Positions 39,072 to 48,263 of a DNA stretch of 64,000 nt are shown here, piece by piece. How positions within the stretch are numbered: the first letter of the stretch is position 1; each line of letters opens with the position of its first letter. Below the pieces are notes generated by a model. It ran no database searches. It worked only from the letters and a program-made list of their open reading frames with translations, and had not been told where the DNA came from. The position numbers and the translations under genes were made by a program. Source of the DNA: Patescibacteria group bacterium (lineage in GTDB: Bacteria; Patescibacteriota; Minisyncoccia; Phycocordibacterales; JBHPGB01); NCBI GenBank assembly GCA_042571085.1, contig JBHPGB010000001.1:3190-67189 (forward strand), read 5' to 3'.

Positions 39072-40226
39072 ATGACTAAATTAAAACAATTTTTTACTGC
39101 TACACTTGCCGTTGCAGTACTTATGCCAGTCTTGGCATTTGGTGCCACTATTGAAGCAGGCGAGGAGGTTTTTATAAAAAAGGGTGAAAATATCAGAGAT
39201 AATGTATATGCTGCTGGCGGGAATGTTTCTGTGAGCAGTGCCGTATTTGGTGATTTGCTTACTGCTGGCGGTAATATTCTAATTTCAGAAAATGTGTCTG
39301 AAGATATCGCGGCGGCTGGTGGCGCTATTACAATTCTAGGTGATAGCAATGGAGATGTGCGTGTTGCCGGTGGGAACGTTTTGATTGCTGGTGATGTTGC
39401 TGGTGATTTGATTGTGGCTGGTGGTACCGTTACTGTTTCTTCTGATGTTTCTATCGGAAAAGATTTGGTGCTTGCTGGTGGACAGGTTTTATTTGATGGG
39501 AATGTTGCCGGAGATGCGCAGATTGCCGGAGGAATTGTGACTCTAAACGGTCACATAAAAGGAAATGTAAAAGCAGATATTGATGAGAAATTAACAATAG
39601 GTGACAGTGCTGTAATTGATGGAACTTTGGAATACGGCGCACGAAGTGAAGAAGTATTGGTCATTAGTGACAACGCAACAATAACAGGAGAGATCACATT
39701 TAAAGAAATGGAAAGAGTGAACACGGAAGGTGTGAAAAATTTTGTATTTGCAGCTGTTGGCGCTTTTGTACTCTTCAAACTAATTTCGTTCATTGTTGTA
39801 GCACTTATACTTGTGCTGCTCTTTAGAAATTTCTCAAATAAGGTTGTTGAGAAAGCCGTGCGTAAGCCACTCAAAATGCTCGGGAAAGGATTTGCAGTGC
39901 TCGTGCTCGTGCCCGTTGCGTCAGCAATACTATTTGCAACATTATTTGGCGCACCTCTTGCTTTAATAGCTTTGTCTATATATGGATTACTTCTAATTCT
40001 TTCTAGTATATACGGCGGTGTTGTTGTTGGAGCATGGCTTGCTGGTCTAATAAGTAAATCAGATCGTGTAAAAATAACATGGCAGAATGTAATTGGAGGT
40101 ATGTTTTTAATTACAGTGGTGAAATTCATACCGCTTATCGGATGGATTGCATGCCTGCTTGTGCTTTTGGTTACACTTGGAAGTATTTCACACATAGCGA
40201 GTAAAAAAATGTGGGGAGATAGATAA
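39072..40226 (+). CDS. Membrane protein with N-terminal extracytoplasmic bactofilin-like beta-helical repeats and C-terminal multi-TM region
   Basis: Signal peptide; repeats (D/N)VxxAGG(N/T)VxIxG; C-terminal 4 TM helices. Confidence 0.55.
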   Translation: MTKLKQFFTATLAVAVLMPVLAFGATIEAGEEVFIKKGENIRDNVYAAGGNVSVSSAVFGDLLTAGGNILISENVSEDIAAAGGAITILGDSNGDVRVAGGNVLIAGDVAGDLIVAGGTVTVSSDVSIGKDLVLAGGQVLFDGNVAGDAQIAGGIVTLNGHIKGNVKADIDEKLTIGDSAVIDGTLEYGARSEEVLVISDNATITGEITFKEMERVNTEGVKNFVFAAVGAFVLFKLISFIVVALILVLLFRNFSNKVVEKAVRKPLKMLGKGFAVLVLVPVASAILFATLFGAPLALIALSIYGLLLILSSIYGGVVVGAWLAGLISKSDRVKITWQNVIGGMFLITVVKFIPLIGWIACLLVLLVTLGSISHIASKKMWGDR

Positions 40227-40250
40227 GTATTAATCTTTGTAAGAAAAGTT

Positions 40251-40520
40251 ATGGAAACAAAATCAAAAATAAAGGAAATAATTGTATACTCAACACCACC
40301 ATGTCCATATTGCAAAATGGCAAAACAATTACTTTCAGAAAAAGGAATTGAATATAGCGAAGTGGATGTTTCAACACAAGATGGTCTTAAGGCAATGCAG
40401 ACAAAAGGAGATTTCAGAACAGTGCCTCAAATATTCATAGGCGAAGAGCATATTGGTGGATATGATGAATTGTCAAAATTGAATAATGAAGGAAGGTTAG
40501 ACGACATGCTGAAAGAATAA
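40251..40520 (+). CDS. Glutaredoxin/NrdH-like thioredoxin-fold protein
   Basis: CPYC active site, 89 aa. Confidence 0.85.
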   Translation: METKSKIKEIIVYSTPPCPYCKMAKQLLSEKGIEYSEVDVSTQDGLKAMQTKGDFRTVPQIFIGEEHIGGYDELSKLNNEGRLDDMLKE

Positions 40521-40647
40521 AACGTAATATTAAAAAACTCCCGAGCTTGCTCGGGGGTTTTTAATATATAAAGACAAAAAGCTGGCATATAGACGAAATG
40601 AATCGTTTTTATGCCAGCTCATGGTATACCTTGGTTGTACTAGATAT

Positions 40648-41001
40648 CTATTTTATTATCTGGACGCTTTGGAGTATGCCGCACATTACTGTGTGGCGAA
40701 TAAATCTCTTAGCGTCAAAGCCTTCTAGTATTGTCGCAAGGTATTTCCTAAAGAAGTCGTGCCCCCATATCCCGTGTTCAACTGCACAAAGCAGGCTGTC
40801 TGCGTTTATGGGTCCGACATCAATTGCATTTCCATTTGGGGCACACATTTGCACCACTGCATTGAAGTGTGCTGCATTCCCAGGTTTTTTTAAGCCATCT
40901 TTAGCAAAAACTATAATTAATTTGTTGCCTGGCTTAGCTTTTGTGATGATTGTACGTATTTCGTCTGGAGACATCCCGACACACTCTGGTTGAGTATTCA
41001 T
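40648..41001 (-). CDS. Hypothetical protein (start at internal Met with AGGTGA RBS); longer ORF to 41160 is probably not translated
   Basis: AAGGTGAtcgtgATG context; Cys/His-containing 117 aa. Confidence 0.4.
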   Translation of the reverse strand: MNTQPECVGMSPDEIRTIITKAKPGNKLIIVFAKDGLKKPGNAAHFNAVVQMCAPNGNAIDVGPINADSLLCAVEHGIWGHDFFRKYLATILEGFDAKRFIRHTVMCGILQSVQIIK

Positions 41002-41276
41002 CACGATCACCTTTACAATTAAAACATCATAAAAGAAAGGAAGTGCAAGGAGAGCATGTTTGGAAACTGTTGACGTTGCGAGAAATTGTATTGTGAGGCG
41101 AGAATGTGGTGAGGAAAACGAGTCATAGCCGTAGCTATGATGAGTTTTTTGAACCGTCATTCGCAGCCCATAATACGATTTTGCAGTAGTCTAGAGTTTC
41201 CTAAATATGCTCGCGGTTAAAAACACCTAACCTACCTATACTGTACAATGGATTAAAATAATATGTCAAGCAATAA

Positions 41277-41720
41277 TTGTTTGTTTTGTGTATAATATTA
41301 CATAATATGAGAGAAGAACAAGAAATAAGAAAATCATTTAAAGTTGAGGTGAATAAAACAGGATTTCTTCGCGTGAGCTTTTTTGAAGATATAATAGATA
41401 TAGAAGAAAATGCACGACGTGCAGAATTGGTTGCTGCTGATTTTTACAATATTTTTGATAGAGAACCTGATAAAAAATTTAATATACTTATTGATATATC
41501 AAAAATGAACAAAAGTCATATATCTGAAAAAGCAAACGAAATATATAGAAATGTTGCTAGAAGAGAGCAGGTTATAAAAGTTGCAATTATCGGCAGGCCA
41601 GGACTTCAATCTCGTGTTTTGTCGTTCGTACTGCCTTTTATGAAGGGTGAAGGTAAAAAAGTTTTGTGGTTTTTGGATGAAAAAAAAGCTGTCTCGTGGC
41701 TCGGAATCAGTAAAGAATAA
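41277..41720 (+). CDS. Hypothetical protein
   Basis: 147 aa; no confident motif. Confidence 0.4.
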   Translation: MFVLCIILHNMREEQEIRKSFKVEVNKTGFLRVSFFEDIIDIEENARRAELVAADFYNIFDREPDKKFNILIDISKMNKSHISEKANEIYRNVARREQVIKVAIIGRPGLQSRVLSFVLPFMKGEGKKVLWFLDEKKAVSWLGISKE

Positions 41721-41744
41721 TTATTAGTTAATATATAAATTATC

Positions 41745-42212
41745 ATGGATAGAAAAAATATACTTACTTTAATAATCGCTGTTCTTGCTGTTGTTGGCGC
41801 TGTCTATTTCCTCGCACCAACACTCCTGAATAATGTAGATCGATTGCCTGCAGAGGAAGAGATTCAAGAAGAAATCGATGAACAAGTCGGCATTGAAACA
41901 GTTTCTTTGGATCCAGAAAGAATAGACAGAGAAGTGTTTGTTGGCGAAGCTATACTTGTAGATGTGAGAACGGATGCTGAGCTGGAAGAAACTGGATATG
42001 CAGCTAACTCAATACATTTTGATCTTGCGCGTCTTGAGGCGGGTGAACTCCCAGAATTTCCACAAGATATAAAAGTGTATACATACTGTAAAGCAGGTAC
42101 GCGTGCTGGTAAGGCAAATGACATCCTTGAAGCCAATGGATTTACTAATGTAGTAAATATCGGCGGGCTGATTGACTGGGAGCAAGCTGGCGGGCTTGTT
42201 GTGAAAGAATAA
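41745..42212 (+). CDS. Membrane-anchored rhodanese-domain sulfurtransferase
   Basis: N-terminal TM; active-site CKAGTRAG. Confidence 0.8.
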   Translation: MDRKNILTLIIAVLAVVGAVYFLAPTLLNNVDRLPAEEEIQEEIDEQVGIETVSLDPERIDREVFVGEAILVDVRTDAELEETGYAANSIHFDLARLEAGELPEFPQDIKVYTYCKAGTRAGKANDILEANGFTNVVNIGGLIDWEQAGGLVVKE

Positions 42213-42393
42213 GCGAGCTAATTGACTTATTGTATAGAGTATGTTAATATCAACATACTTTTATTGAAGACGTTTCAGCAGGTTTACAGACCTGATACTT
42301 GAAGACCTCTTTATAGGGGTCTTTTTGTATGTAGTATTGATGTCTAAATTTCTCTATGTACAGATACGGTTATAAATACAGTTTAAAAATAAA

Positions 42394-43674
42394 ATGATGA
42401 AAACTAAAACATCCGCAAAGCGGTACAGTGGCGGCCCTCGTTCTAAGGGCAATTCTCCACGAAAAAGAAAATTTTCAGGATCTTTTCGAAAAGGTCCTTC
42501 TTCTGGTGGGCGAAAATCACAAGGGGGTAGATCACAAGGTGGTAGAGGTAGATACAATAGTAAAAAGAAAACGAGTTTTGATTATAATTTGTTTATAAAT
42601 AAAGCGGTGACATCAACAGAAACCGTTGAGCATTTTGTGCCTGACAACGCTTTTGCTGATTTTGATGTTGATAAGCAAATAAAAGAAACACTTGCGAATC
42701 GTGGGTACGAAAACCCAACTCCAATTCAAGATAAAATTATTCCTCATATTTTAAAAGGTGAGGATGTTGTTGGTCTTGCAAATACTGGTACAGGTAAAAC
42801 AGCAGCATTTCTTATACCTATCATTCACAAATTATTGAATAATAGAAAACAAAGAGTATTGATACTTGCGCCAACACGAGAGCTGGCACTTCAGATAGAT
42901 GAGGAATTGAGCATTTTCGCAAAAAAATTGCATTTGTGTTCGGTTGTTTGTGTTGGTGGTGTGCGCATCGGTGGACAGATAAAGCAATTAAGATCACATA
43001 ATCATTTCATCATAGGAACACCAGGGCGTGTTATAGATTTAATGAAACAAAAGTATCTTAATCTTTCAGACGTAAAGACTGTGGTATTAGATGAGGCTGA
43101 TAGAATGCTAGACATGGGATTCATTAATGATATACGGTTTATCTTGGGGCAGGTTCCAGAAGAGCGACAATCACTTTGTTTTTCAGCAACCATGGCGCCA
43201 GAAATAGAAAGATTGGTAAAAGATTTTCTAATTGAGCCGGTTAAGATATCAGTGAAGACTCGAGATACATCAAAAAATATTGATCAAGATATTGTGCGTA
43301 TTGGCGGGAGAGATAAAACGGATATTCTTTCAGGCTATCTTGCACAGGATGAGTTTAAAAAGGTTATTGTGTTTGGGCGAACTAAGCATGGCGTAAGAAA
43401 ACTTTCTACCGTGCTAAATAAACGCGGATTAAATACAGAATCAATTCATGGAGACAAGAGTCACGTACAAAGACAATTGGCACTTAGGAAATTTAAAGAA
43501 GGTCGCTTAACGGCGCTTGTTGCAACTGATGTTGCTGCACGTGGACTTGATATCAGCGGAGTTACACACGTGATTAATTATGATCTTCCTGAAAGTTATG
43601 ATGATTATGTGCACCGCATCGGTAGAACAGGCCGAGGTGAGAATAAAGGAAAGGCACTCACATTTGTTGGATAG
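42394..43674 (+). CDS. DEAD-box ATP-dependent RNA helicase with N-terminal Arg/Gly/Ser-rich extension
   Basis: Q-motif region, GTGKT, VLDEADRMLDMGF (DEAD), SAT, HRIGRTGR. Confidence 0.9.
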   Translation: MMKTKTSAKRYSGGPRSKGNSPRKRKFSGSFRKGPSSGGRKSQGGRSQGGRGRYNSKKKTSFDYNLFINKAVTSTETVEHFVPDNAFADFDVDKQIKETLANRGYENPTPIQDKIIPHILKGEDVVGLANTGTGKTAAFLIPIIHKLLNNRKQRVLILAPTRELALQIDEELSIFAKKLHLCSVVCVGGVRIGGQIKQLRSHNHFIIGTPGRVIDLMKQKYLNLSDVKTVVLDEADRMLDMGFINDIRFILGQVPEERQSLCFSATMAPEIERLVKDFLIEPVKISVKTRDTSKNIDQDIVRIGGRDKTDILSGYLAQDEFKKVIVFGRTKHGVRKLSTVLNKRGLNTESIHGDKSHVQRQLALRKFKEGRLTALVATDVAARGLDISGVTHVINYDLPESYDDYVHRIGRTGRGENKGKALTFVG

Positions 43675-43844
43675 GCAAATTTTGCAACGCAAAATTTTTG
43701 ACCAAAAGAAAAAATTTAAAAATAGCCATGTTTATCGCATGGCTGTTTTTTATTCAGTATTTATTTGATGAAATATGTAATTCCTGTATTATTAAGTAGA
43801 TATATTTCGCGCTTATTATTTGCGATAAATGTAATTAAATCTAT

Positions 43845-44231
43845 ATGAAATACCGCATACTTATTATTGAAGATGATAAATTTTTCAGAAATATCGTAAC
43901 TCATAAATTTGAGGAATCAGATTTGGTTGAGGTTGATTTTTTGGAAAATGGAAAGGGGGCTGTAGAAAAGATAAAGAAATACACGCCAGATCTTGTATTG
44001 TTAGACTTACTAATGCCTGATGTTGGTGGATATGAAACTCTCAAAGCCGTTCGTTTTGATGAGGATGTGAAAGATACACCAATAATAATTTTGAGTAATC
44101 TTAGCAAGCAAGAAGATATAGACAAATGTAAAGCATATGGGAGCGTTGATTTTATGGTGAAGGCCATGAGCTCACCTCAGGAGATAGTTGATAGGACACT
44201 TGAGTTTTTGGAAGGGCAGGCGAAGCAATAA
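43845..44231 (+). CDS. Single-domain response regulator (CheY-like receiver)
   Basis: D-D...D(LLDLLMPD)...T...K pattern; 128 aa. Confidence 0.8.
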   Translation: MKYRILIIEDDKFFRNIVTHKFEESDLVEVDFLENGKGAVEKIKKYTPDLVLLDLLMPDVGGYETLKAVRFDEDVKDTPIIILSNLSKQEDIDKCKAYGSVDFMVKAMSSPQEIVDRTLEFLEGQAKQ

Positions 44232-44295
44232 ATTATTTGAAAACAACCACGCGGAAGCGTGGTTGTTTTTTTGTTTGTGGACTGGAATATACAAT

Positions 44296-44994
44296 TTAAT
44301 ATTCCTCAGTAGTATTTAGAAAATATTCAGCAAAAAAATGATTTTTTGATTTTGAAAGCAATTTGATTATTTGTGCAACACCAGGCATAAGTTTTCTTTG
44401 CTTCATATCATTTGTACTCATCCATGAACAAGTTCCTATAGATGAATCTTCTATAAATTTTCCAACAATATTTTTTCCTACAAAAATATGACAGAGCATG
44501 TGTGTGATTAATTTTTCCTCATCGCTAATATGTAAATAGATATCTCCTCTATGTTTCAAGACCCCTGTTAAACCAACTTTTTCTTTTAATTCACGCCCTG
44601 CGCTTTCTTGTATTCTCTCTTCAAGATGAATTTTTCCATAGGGGAATCCGAACTGGTTAATCAGAGGTTGACGCTTTCTCTTGTAGATAAGATACTCACC
44701 TTTTTTGTTTGTTAAGACTAAAAGGGTCACGATTTTTGGCTGAATGCGCTCGTCAAAGCTTTTCAGAGTCACCCTGTCTACATATTGTTTACCTTTTGCA
44801 GATAGAACATACGCGCCTGTTTGTTTAGAAATGTAGCCACTGGAAATTATCTTTTTCAGGTGATACATGAACATATTTCCTTCAACCGATTTTGGTTTCA
44901 GGTCTCTATATCTTGCTTTTCCGAGTAATGTGAGTTTTTTCAATATGTGTTTTTGTAAATCGTGCATAGTAGTTAGAGTATACGTAAAACTCAA
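44296..44994 (-). CDS. Winged-HTH plus Nudix-domain protein (regulator-like; Nudix box with E-to-K substitution)
   Basis: N-terminal wHTH; Nudix box GKIHLEERIQESAGRELKEKVGL. Confidence 0.7.
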   Translation of the reverse strand: MSFTYTLTTMHDLQKHILKKLTLLGKARYRDLKPKSVEGNMFMYHLKKIISSGYISKQTGAYVLSAKGKQYVDRVTLKSFDERIQPKIVTLLVLTNKKGEYLIYKRKRQPLINQFGFPYGKIHLEERIQESAGRELKEKVGLTGVLKHRGDIYLHISDEEKLITHMLCHIFVGKNIVGKFIEDSSIGTCSWMSTNDMKQRKLMPGVAQIIKLLSKSKNHFFAEYFLNTTEEY

Positions 44995-45077
44995 TTTGAG
45001 TCAATTTTTTTTGACTAGACTCCATATAAGGTCGAGGGCTATCATGATTATGGGTGTTCTTTTCAAAAGCATAGGAG

Positions 45078-45959
45078 ATGATCATGACATGCATAGATCG
45101 TATTTATAGTGTATCCGCACTGGTCGGATCCGGAACCTGTAATGGGAAATGTGCCTTTTGCGCTGGTGAGTATTTGCGACCTCAGGCAGAAAATCCCGAT
45201 ACGGAAAAGTATTGGAAAAATTTTAAGTCTGCGATCAGGCTTTGTGCGAGATATGGCGGGTGGTCTTTATCGCTCACAAGTAGCGGTGAGCCGACTTGCG
45301 ATCCGAATGCGGTAACAAAAGCGCTTGAAGCTTATCAAGAGTGTGCGCAAGAAGGCGCCTACTTTCCTAATGTAAATTTGTTTACGAATGGAATTGAATT
45401 CGGTAGAGACAAATTTTGCGATAAATGGTTGCCAATTTGGAAGGGTCTTGGTCTGACAAATATTGCCGTCTCAATACACTCCACAAGTATTGAAAAGCAA
45501 GCTGAAGCTTATGGTCTACCAAAGTACCCAGAGTTTAACACCATATTCAACAATATTCGCAAACATGGTGTTGGGCTAAGGTGCACATTGTTGCTAAGAA
45601 AAGGAGAGGTGGATAATGCTGCTCGTTATAAAGAAGCTGTTCATCATTTGATAGAGCGACATGGTGTAGACAACATTACGTCTTGGCCCGTAGCTGAACC
45701 AGATGGTGTACGAAGTGAATTTACTCCATCACGGCTTGGTATGCTATCAATACGTAATTGGCTTAGGAAAAATACCATATTGTGCCACGGGCATTCGTGG
45801 GGTGGTGGAGTCTATGACTACAATGGCAACATTCTCAGACTGACCGACTATGTGACAAAACATAATCGACGAAAGGATTTTGTGAGGCAGCTCGTAGTGT
45901 TCCAGGATGGAACAGTTGCTTATTCGTGGATTAAAGAAGGTGCGTTGTGCATGAAGTAA
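45078..45959 (+). CDS. Radical SAM enzyme, paralog 1 (unassigned subfamily)
   Basis: CNGKCAFC (CX3CX2C), SSGEPT glycine-rich SAM motif, TNG ribose motif; 293 aa. Confidence 0.75.
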   Translation: MIMTCIDRIYSVSALVGSGTCNGKCAFCAGEYLRPQAENPDTEKYWKNFKSAIRLCARYGGWSLSLTSSGEPTCDPNAVTKALEAYQECAQEGAYFPNVNLFTNGIEFGRDKFCDKWLPIWKGLGLTNIAVSIHSTSIEKQAEAYGLPKYPEFNTIFNNIRKHGVGLRCTLLLRKGEVDNAARYKEAVHHLIERHGVDNITSWPVAEPDGVRSEFTPSRLGMLSIRNWLRKNTILCHGHSWGGGVYDYNGNILRLTDYVTKHNRRKDFVRQLVVFQDGTVAYSWIKEGALCMK

Positions 45960-46032
45960 CATATTCGGGCGGTGGATGTATTTATGTTCATCGCCCATTA
46001 TTGTTTATCCGACTACTTATATGAGGTGAGTT

Positions 46033-46833
46033 ATGGAAAATAGTCTTTCACTTTTTGTTGGTACAAGAAAATGCAATGCTCATTGTGGACACTGTGCTGG
46101 CAAGGTTCATCGTAGGCATGCTCCTACCAAAGATGGGATTGTGGATGAAGAGTTGGTAATTAAAACACTTAGAGACTGCTATGTCAGTGGAGCGCGACGC
46201 TTAACGATCAGCAGTAGTGGAGAACCAACACTGTCTCCAATTTCAGTGACTAAAGTATTTCAGATCATTGATAATATGCGAAGAAAGGAAGGTGTTGTAT
46301 ATTCGCCAATAAGTCTTTACTCAAATGGTATTAGGATTGGAGAAGACCAGTGTTTTTCTGAAGAATATCTTCCATTGTGGAAGGCACTTGGTTTGACTAA
46401 GGTTTATATAACAATCCATGATATCAACGAGCATGAAAATGCTAAGATTTATAGAATTGCAGAATATCCAAAATTGGTGACGATAATTGAGAGGATTCAC
46501 GATGCAGACTTGTTGATGAGAGCAAATCTTGTACTCAGTCGTAACACAACGTGTGAACTTGGGAAATTCATTTCAATTGTCAAACATTTGGAAGATATTG
46601 GCGCAGATAGTATTTCCGCGTGGCCAATTCGTGGGATTGACGATGAGGTTGATAAGGAAAGAGCTCCTATTGCTTCTGAGATGAATAAAATGAGTGAGTG
46701 GGCTTTGCAATATTCCAGACCAGGATTTGAATTGCGTGTGTTGGGGGAGGAGAATCGAATCGCATATCAATCAGGTCAGAAGTTAACATTATTTCCCGAC
46801 GGTAGTTTATCGGGGACATGGTGTAATAACTAA
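46033..46833 (+). CDS. Radical SAM enzyme, paralog 2
   Basis: CNAHCGHC, SSGEPT, SNG; 266 aa; same motif spacing as paralog 1. Confidence 0.75.
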   Translation: MENSLSLFVGTRKCNAHCGHCAGKVHRRHAPTKDGIVDEELVIKTLRDCYVSGARRLTISSSGEPTLSPISVTKVFQIIDNMRRKEGVVYSPISLYSNGIRIGEDQCFSEEYLPLWKALGLTKVYITIHDINEHENAKIYRIAEYPKLVTIIERIHDADLLMRANLVLSRNTTCELGKFISIVKHLEDIGADSISAWPIRGIDDEVDKERAPIASEMNKMSEWALQYSRPGFELRVLGEENRIAYQSGQKLTLFPDGSLSGTWCNN

Positions 46834-46894
46834 ACATAATCTATCTAAATGATATTCCGCCACGTCTGTGGCGGATTTTTTTTGTTTGTGGAGA

Positions 46895-46914
46895 TGGGGA
46901 GAATGTCCCGCAGT
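46895..46914 (-). repeat. Duplicate of the 3'-terminal 20 nt of the tmRNA gene (attachment-site-like direct repeat)
   Basis: TTTGTGGAGATGGGGAGAAT identical to 47137-47156. Confidence 0.6.
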
Positions 46915-47074
46915 TACTAATCTTTTTGCTTGAAGGAATGCTTCACATGCTATTTGATAGAGAATCGGGGTCAAGTCACATCAATATTTTGTTCGTGCTT
47001 CGCACTCCAAAATATTGTGTGCTTCCTCCCCGGACTCGCTTCCCATTCTTCCAGAATGGGTCCCGGCTCCGTCT

Positions 47075-47160
47075 TTCGATTCTCCCCATCTCTCACAAAC
47101 GCAAACGCCGCCAAAGCAATGCTTTGGCGGCGGCGTTTTGTGGAGATGGGGAGAATCGAA
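47075..47160. repeat. About 85-bp near-perfect palindrome built from inverted copies of the tmRNA T-arm/acceptor (TTCGATTCTCCCCATCTC) around an 11-bp GC hairpin
   Basis: Left arm 47075-47117, loop AAT, right arm 47121-47160; inner GCCGCCAAAGC/GCTTTGGCGGC. Confidence 0.65.
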
Positions 47161-47685
47161 CTCCCGTGCAAATAATGCTTCTGAATGAGTCTACAAAGGT
47201 TAGTACACTTTGGTTTGTTTAGAAGAGTGAGCTAAAAAGTGAACAAAATTTCTCACACCTCGATTCTCTATGTTTCGGTATTGTATCGAGAAATAATACT
47301 CTTTCCGATTAAATACTTCTTAAGAAAACCTCAGAATTTTAGACGAGACAAAGTAAAAAATATAAAGAATATCCTTAGATATTTTGAATATTTTTTGCAA
47401 AGTCGTAGTCAAAATTATGGTGTTTTCAAGGAGTAGTTAATCGGAAAGGGTATAAAACAAGACCTAGTCTGAAAAATATTACACTCAGATTTCACCTATC
47501 AAACTTTAGTGAACTGAACGCCGGCTTAGGCTAAAGCGTAAGCTGGAGAAGCAAAGTATGGGCTAACCATTGCTTTTGCTTTTTGTGACAAGTTTGCACT
47601 TATCGTGTGTAGCCTTTTGAATAGTTACTACAGCTATCCTTCGCACATGCAAAAGGGAAATCATCTGTCGATACCGATCACCCCC
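47141..47685 (-). ncRNA. ssrA: tmRNA (ssrA) candidate, unusually long (about 545 nt) with about 200-nt AT-rich insertion before the T-arm
   Basis: 5' GGGGGUGAUCGGUAUCGACAG (tmRNA 5' consensus), acceptor pairing GGGGGUG/CAUCUCC with G3-U wobble, tag ORF ending ...ASPAYALA-UAA, 3' GGGAG-UUCGAUU-CUCCC T-arm; adjacent to smpB. Confidence 0.6.
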
Positions 47686-47736
47686 AATCTATATAATTAA
47701 TTAACTGTGCAGCTAATTATATAGATTGGAAGAAAT

Positions 47737-48183
47737 CTAAAATTGCTTAATATCTCTAGCAACCTCTCTTTCAACGTCTCGTTTTTTAATGCTCTCGCGT
47801 TTGTCGTATTTCTTCTTTCCTTTAGCTATAGCCAGCTCAAGCTTTATCTTATTACCCTTAGTATAAACACTTATTGGCACTATTGTCAAGCCCTTCTGGC
47901 TTTCTGCTCCAGCAAGCTCTTTCAGTTCCTTCTTATTTAGCAAGAGTTTTCTGGTGCGTGCAGGGTCGTAGTCTTTCGGTGTATTTGCTGGCTGATATGG
48001 TGGAATTGTTGCCCCAACCAAAAATGCTTCATTTCCGCGTATAATCACGTGCGCACCTTCAAAAGAACCCTGATTATTCTTCAGACTTTTCACTTCAAAA
48101 CCGAGTAAAACCATACCGGCTTCAAATTTATCAAGCAGCTCATAATTGAAACGTGCTTTTTTGTTTTGTATCAATGTAGGCAT
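47737..48183 (-). CDS. smpB: SsrA-binding protein SmpB
   Basis: 148 aa; canonical SmpB (KARFNYELLDKFEAG...). Confidence 0.93.
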   Translation of the reverse strand: MPTLIQNKKARFNYELLDKFEAGMVLLGFEVKSLKNNQGSFEGAHVIIRGNEAFLVGATIPPYQPANTPKDYDPARTRKLLLNKKELKELAGAESQKGLTIVPISVYTKGNKIKLELAIAKGKKKYDKRESIKKRDVEREVARDIKQF

Positions 48184-48263
48184 ACGTTTAGTATACTAGT
48201 ATATTAATAAATAAAAAACAAAGGCCCCGCATGCGGGACCTTTTTCTTTTATACCTGTACCTA

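Noticed and set aside
40598-40993. 131-aa plus-strand ORF overlapping the minus-strand gene 40648..41001
   Set aside because: The minus-strand frame has a good RBS (AAGGTGA) and a longer, more protein-like product; the plus ORF lacks an RBS.
47139-47165. Stand-alone tRNA gene on the minus strand (T-arm GGGAG-TTCGATT-CTCCC + acceptor CATCTCC)
   Set aside because: No matching 5' acceptor strand (GGAGATG), D-arm or anticodon arm within 100 nt upstream; the acceptor instead pairs with GGGGGUG at 47685, so it was assigned as the 3' end of the tmRNA.
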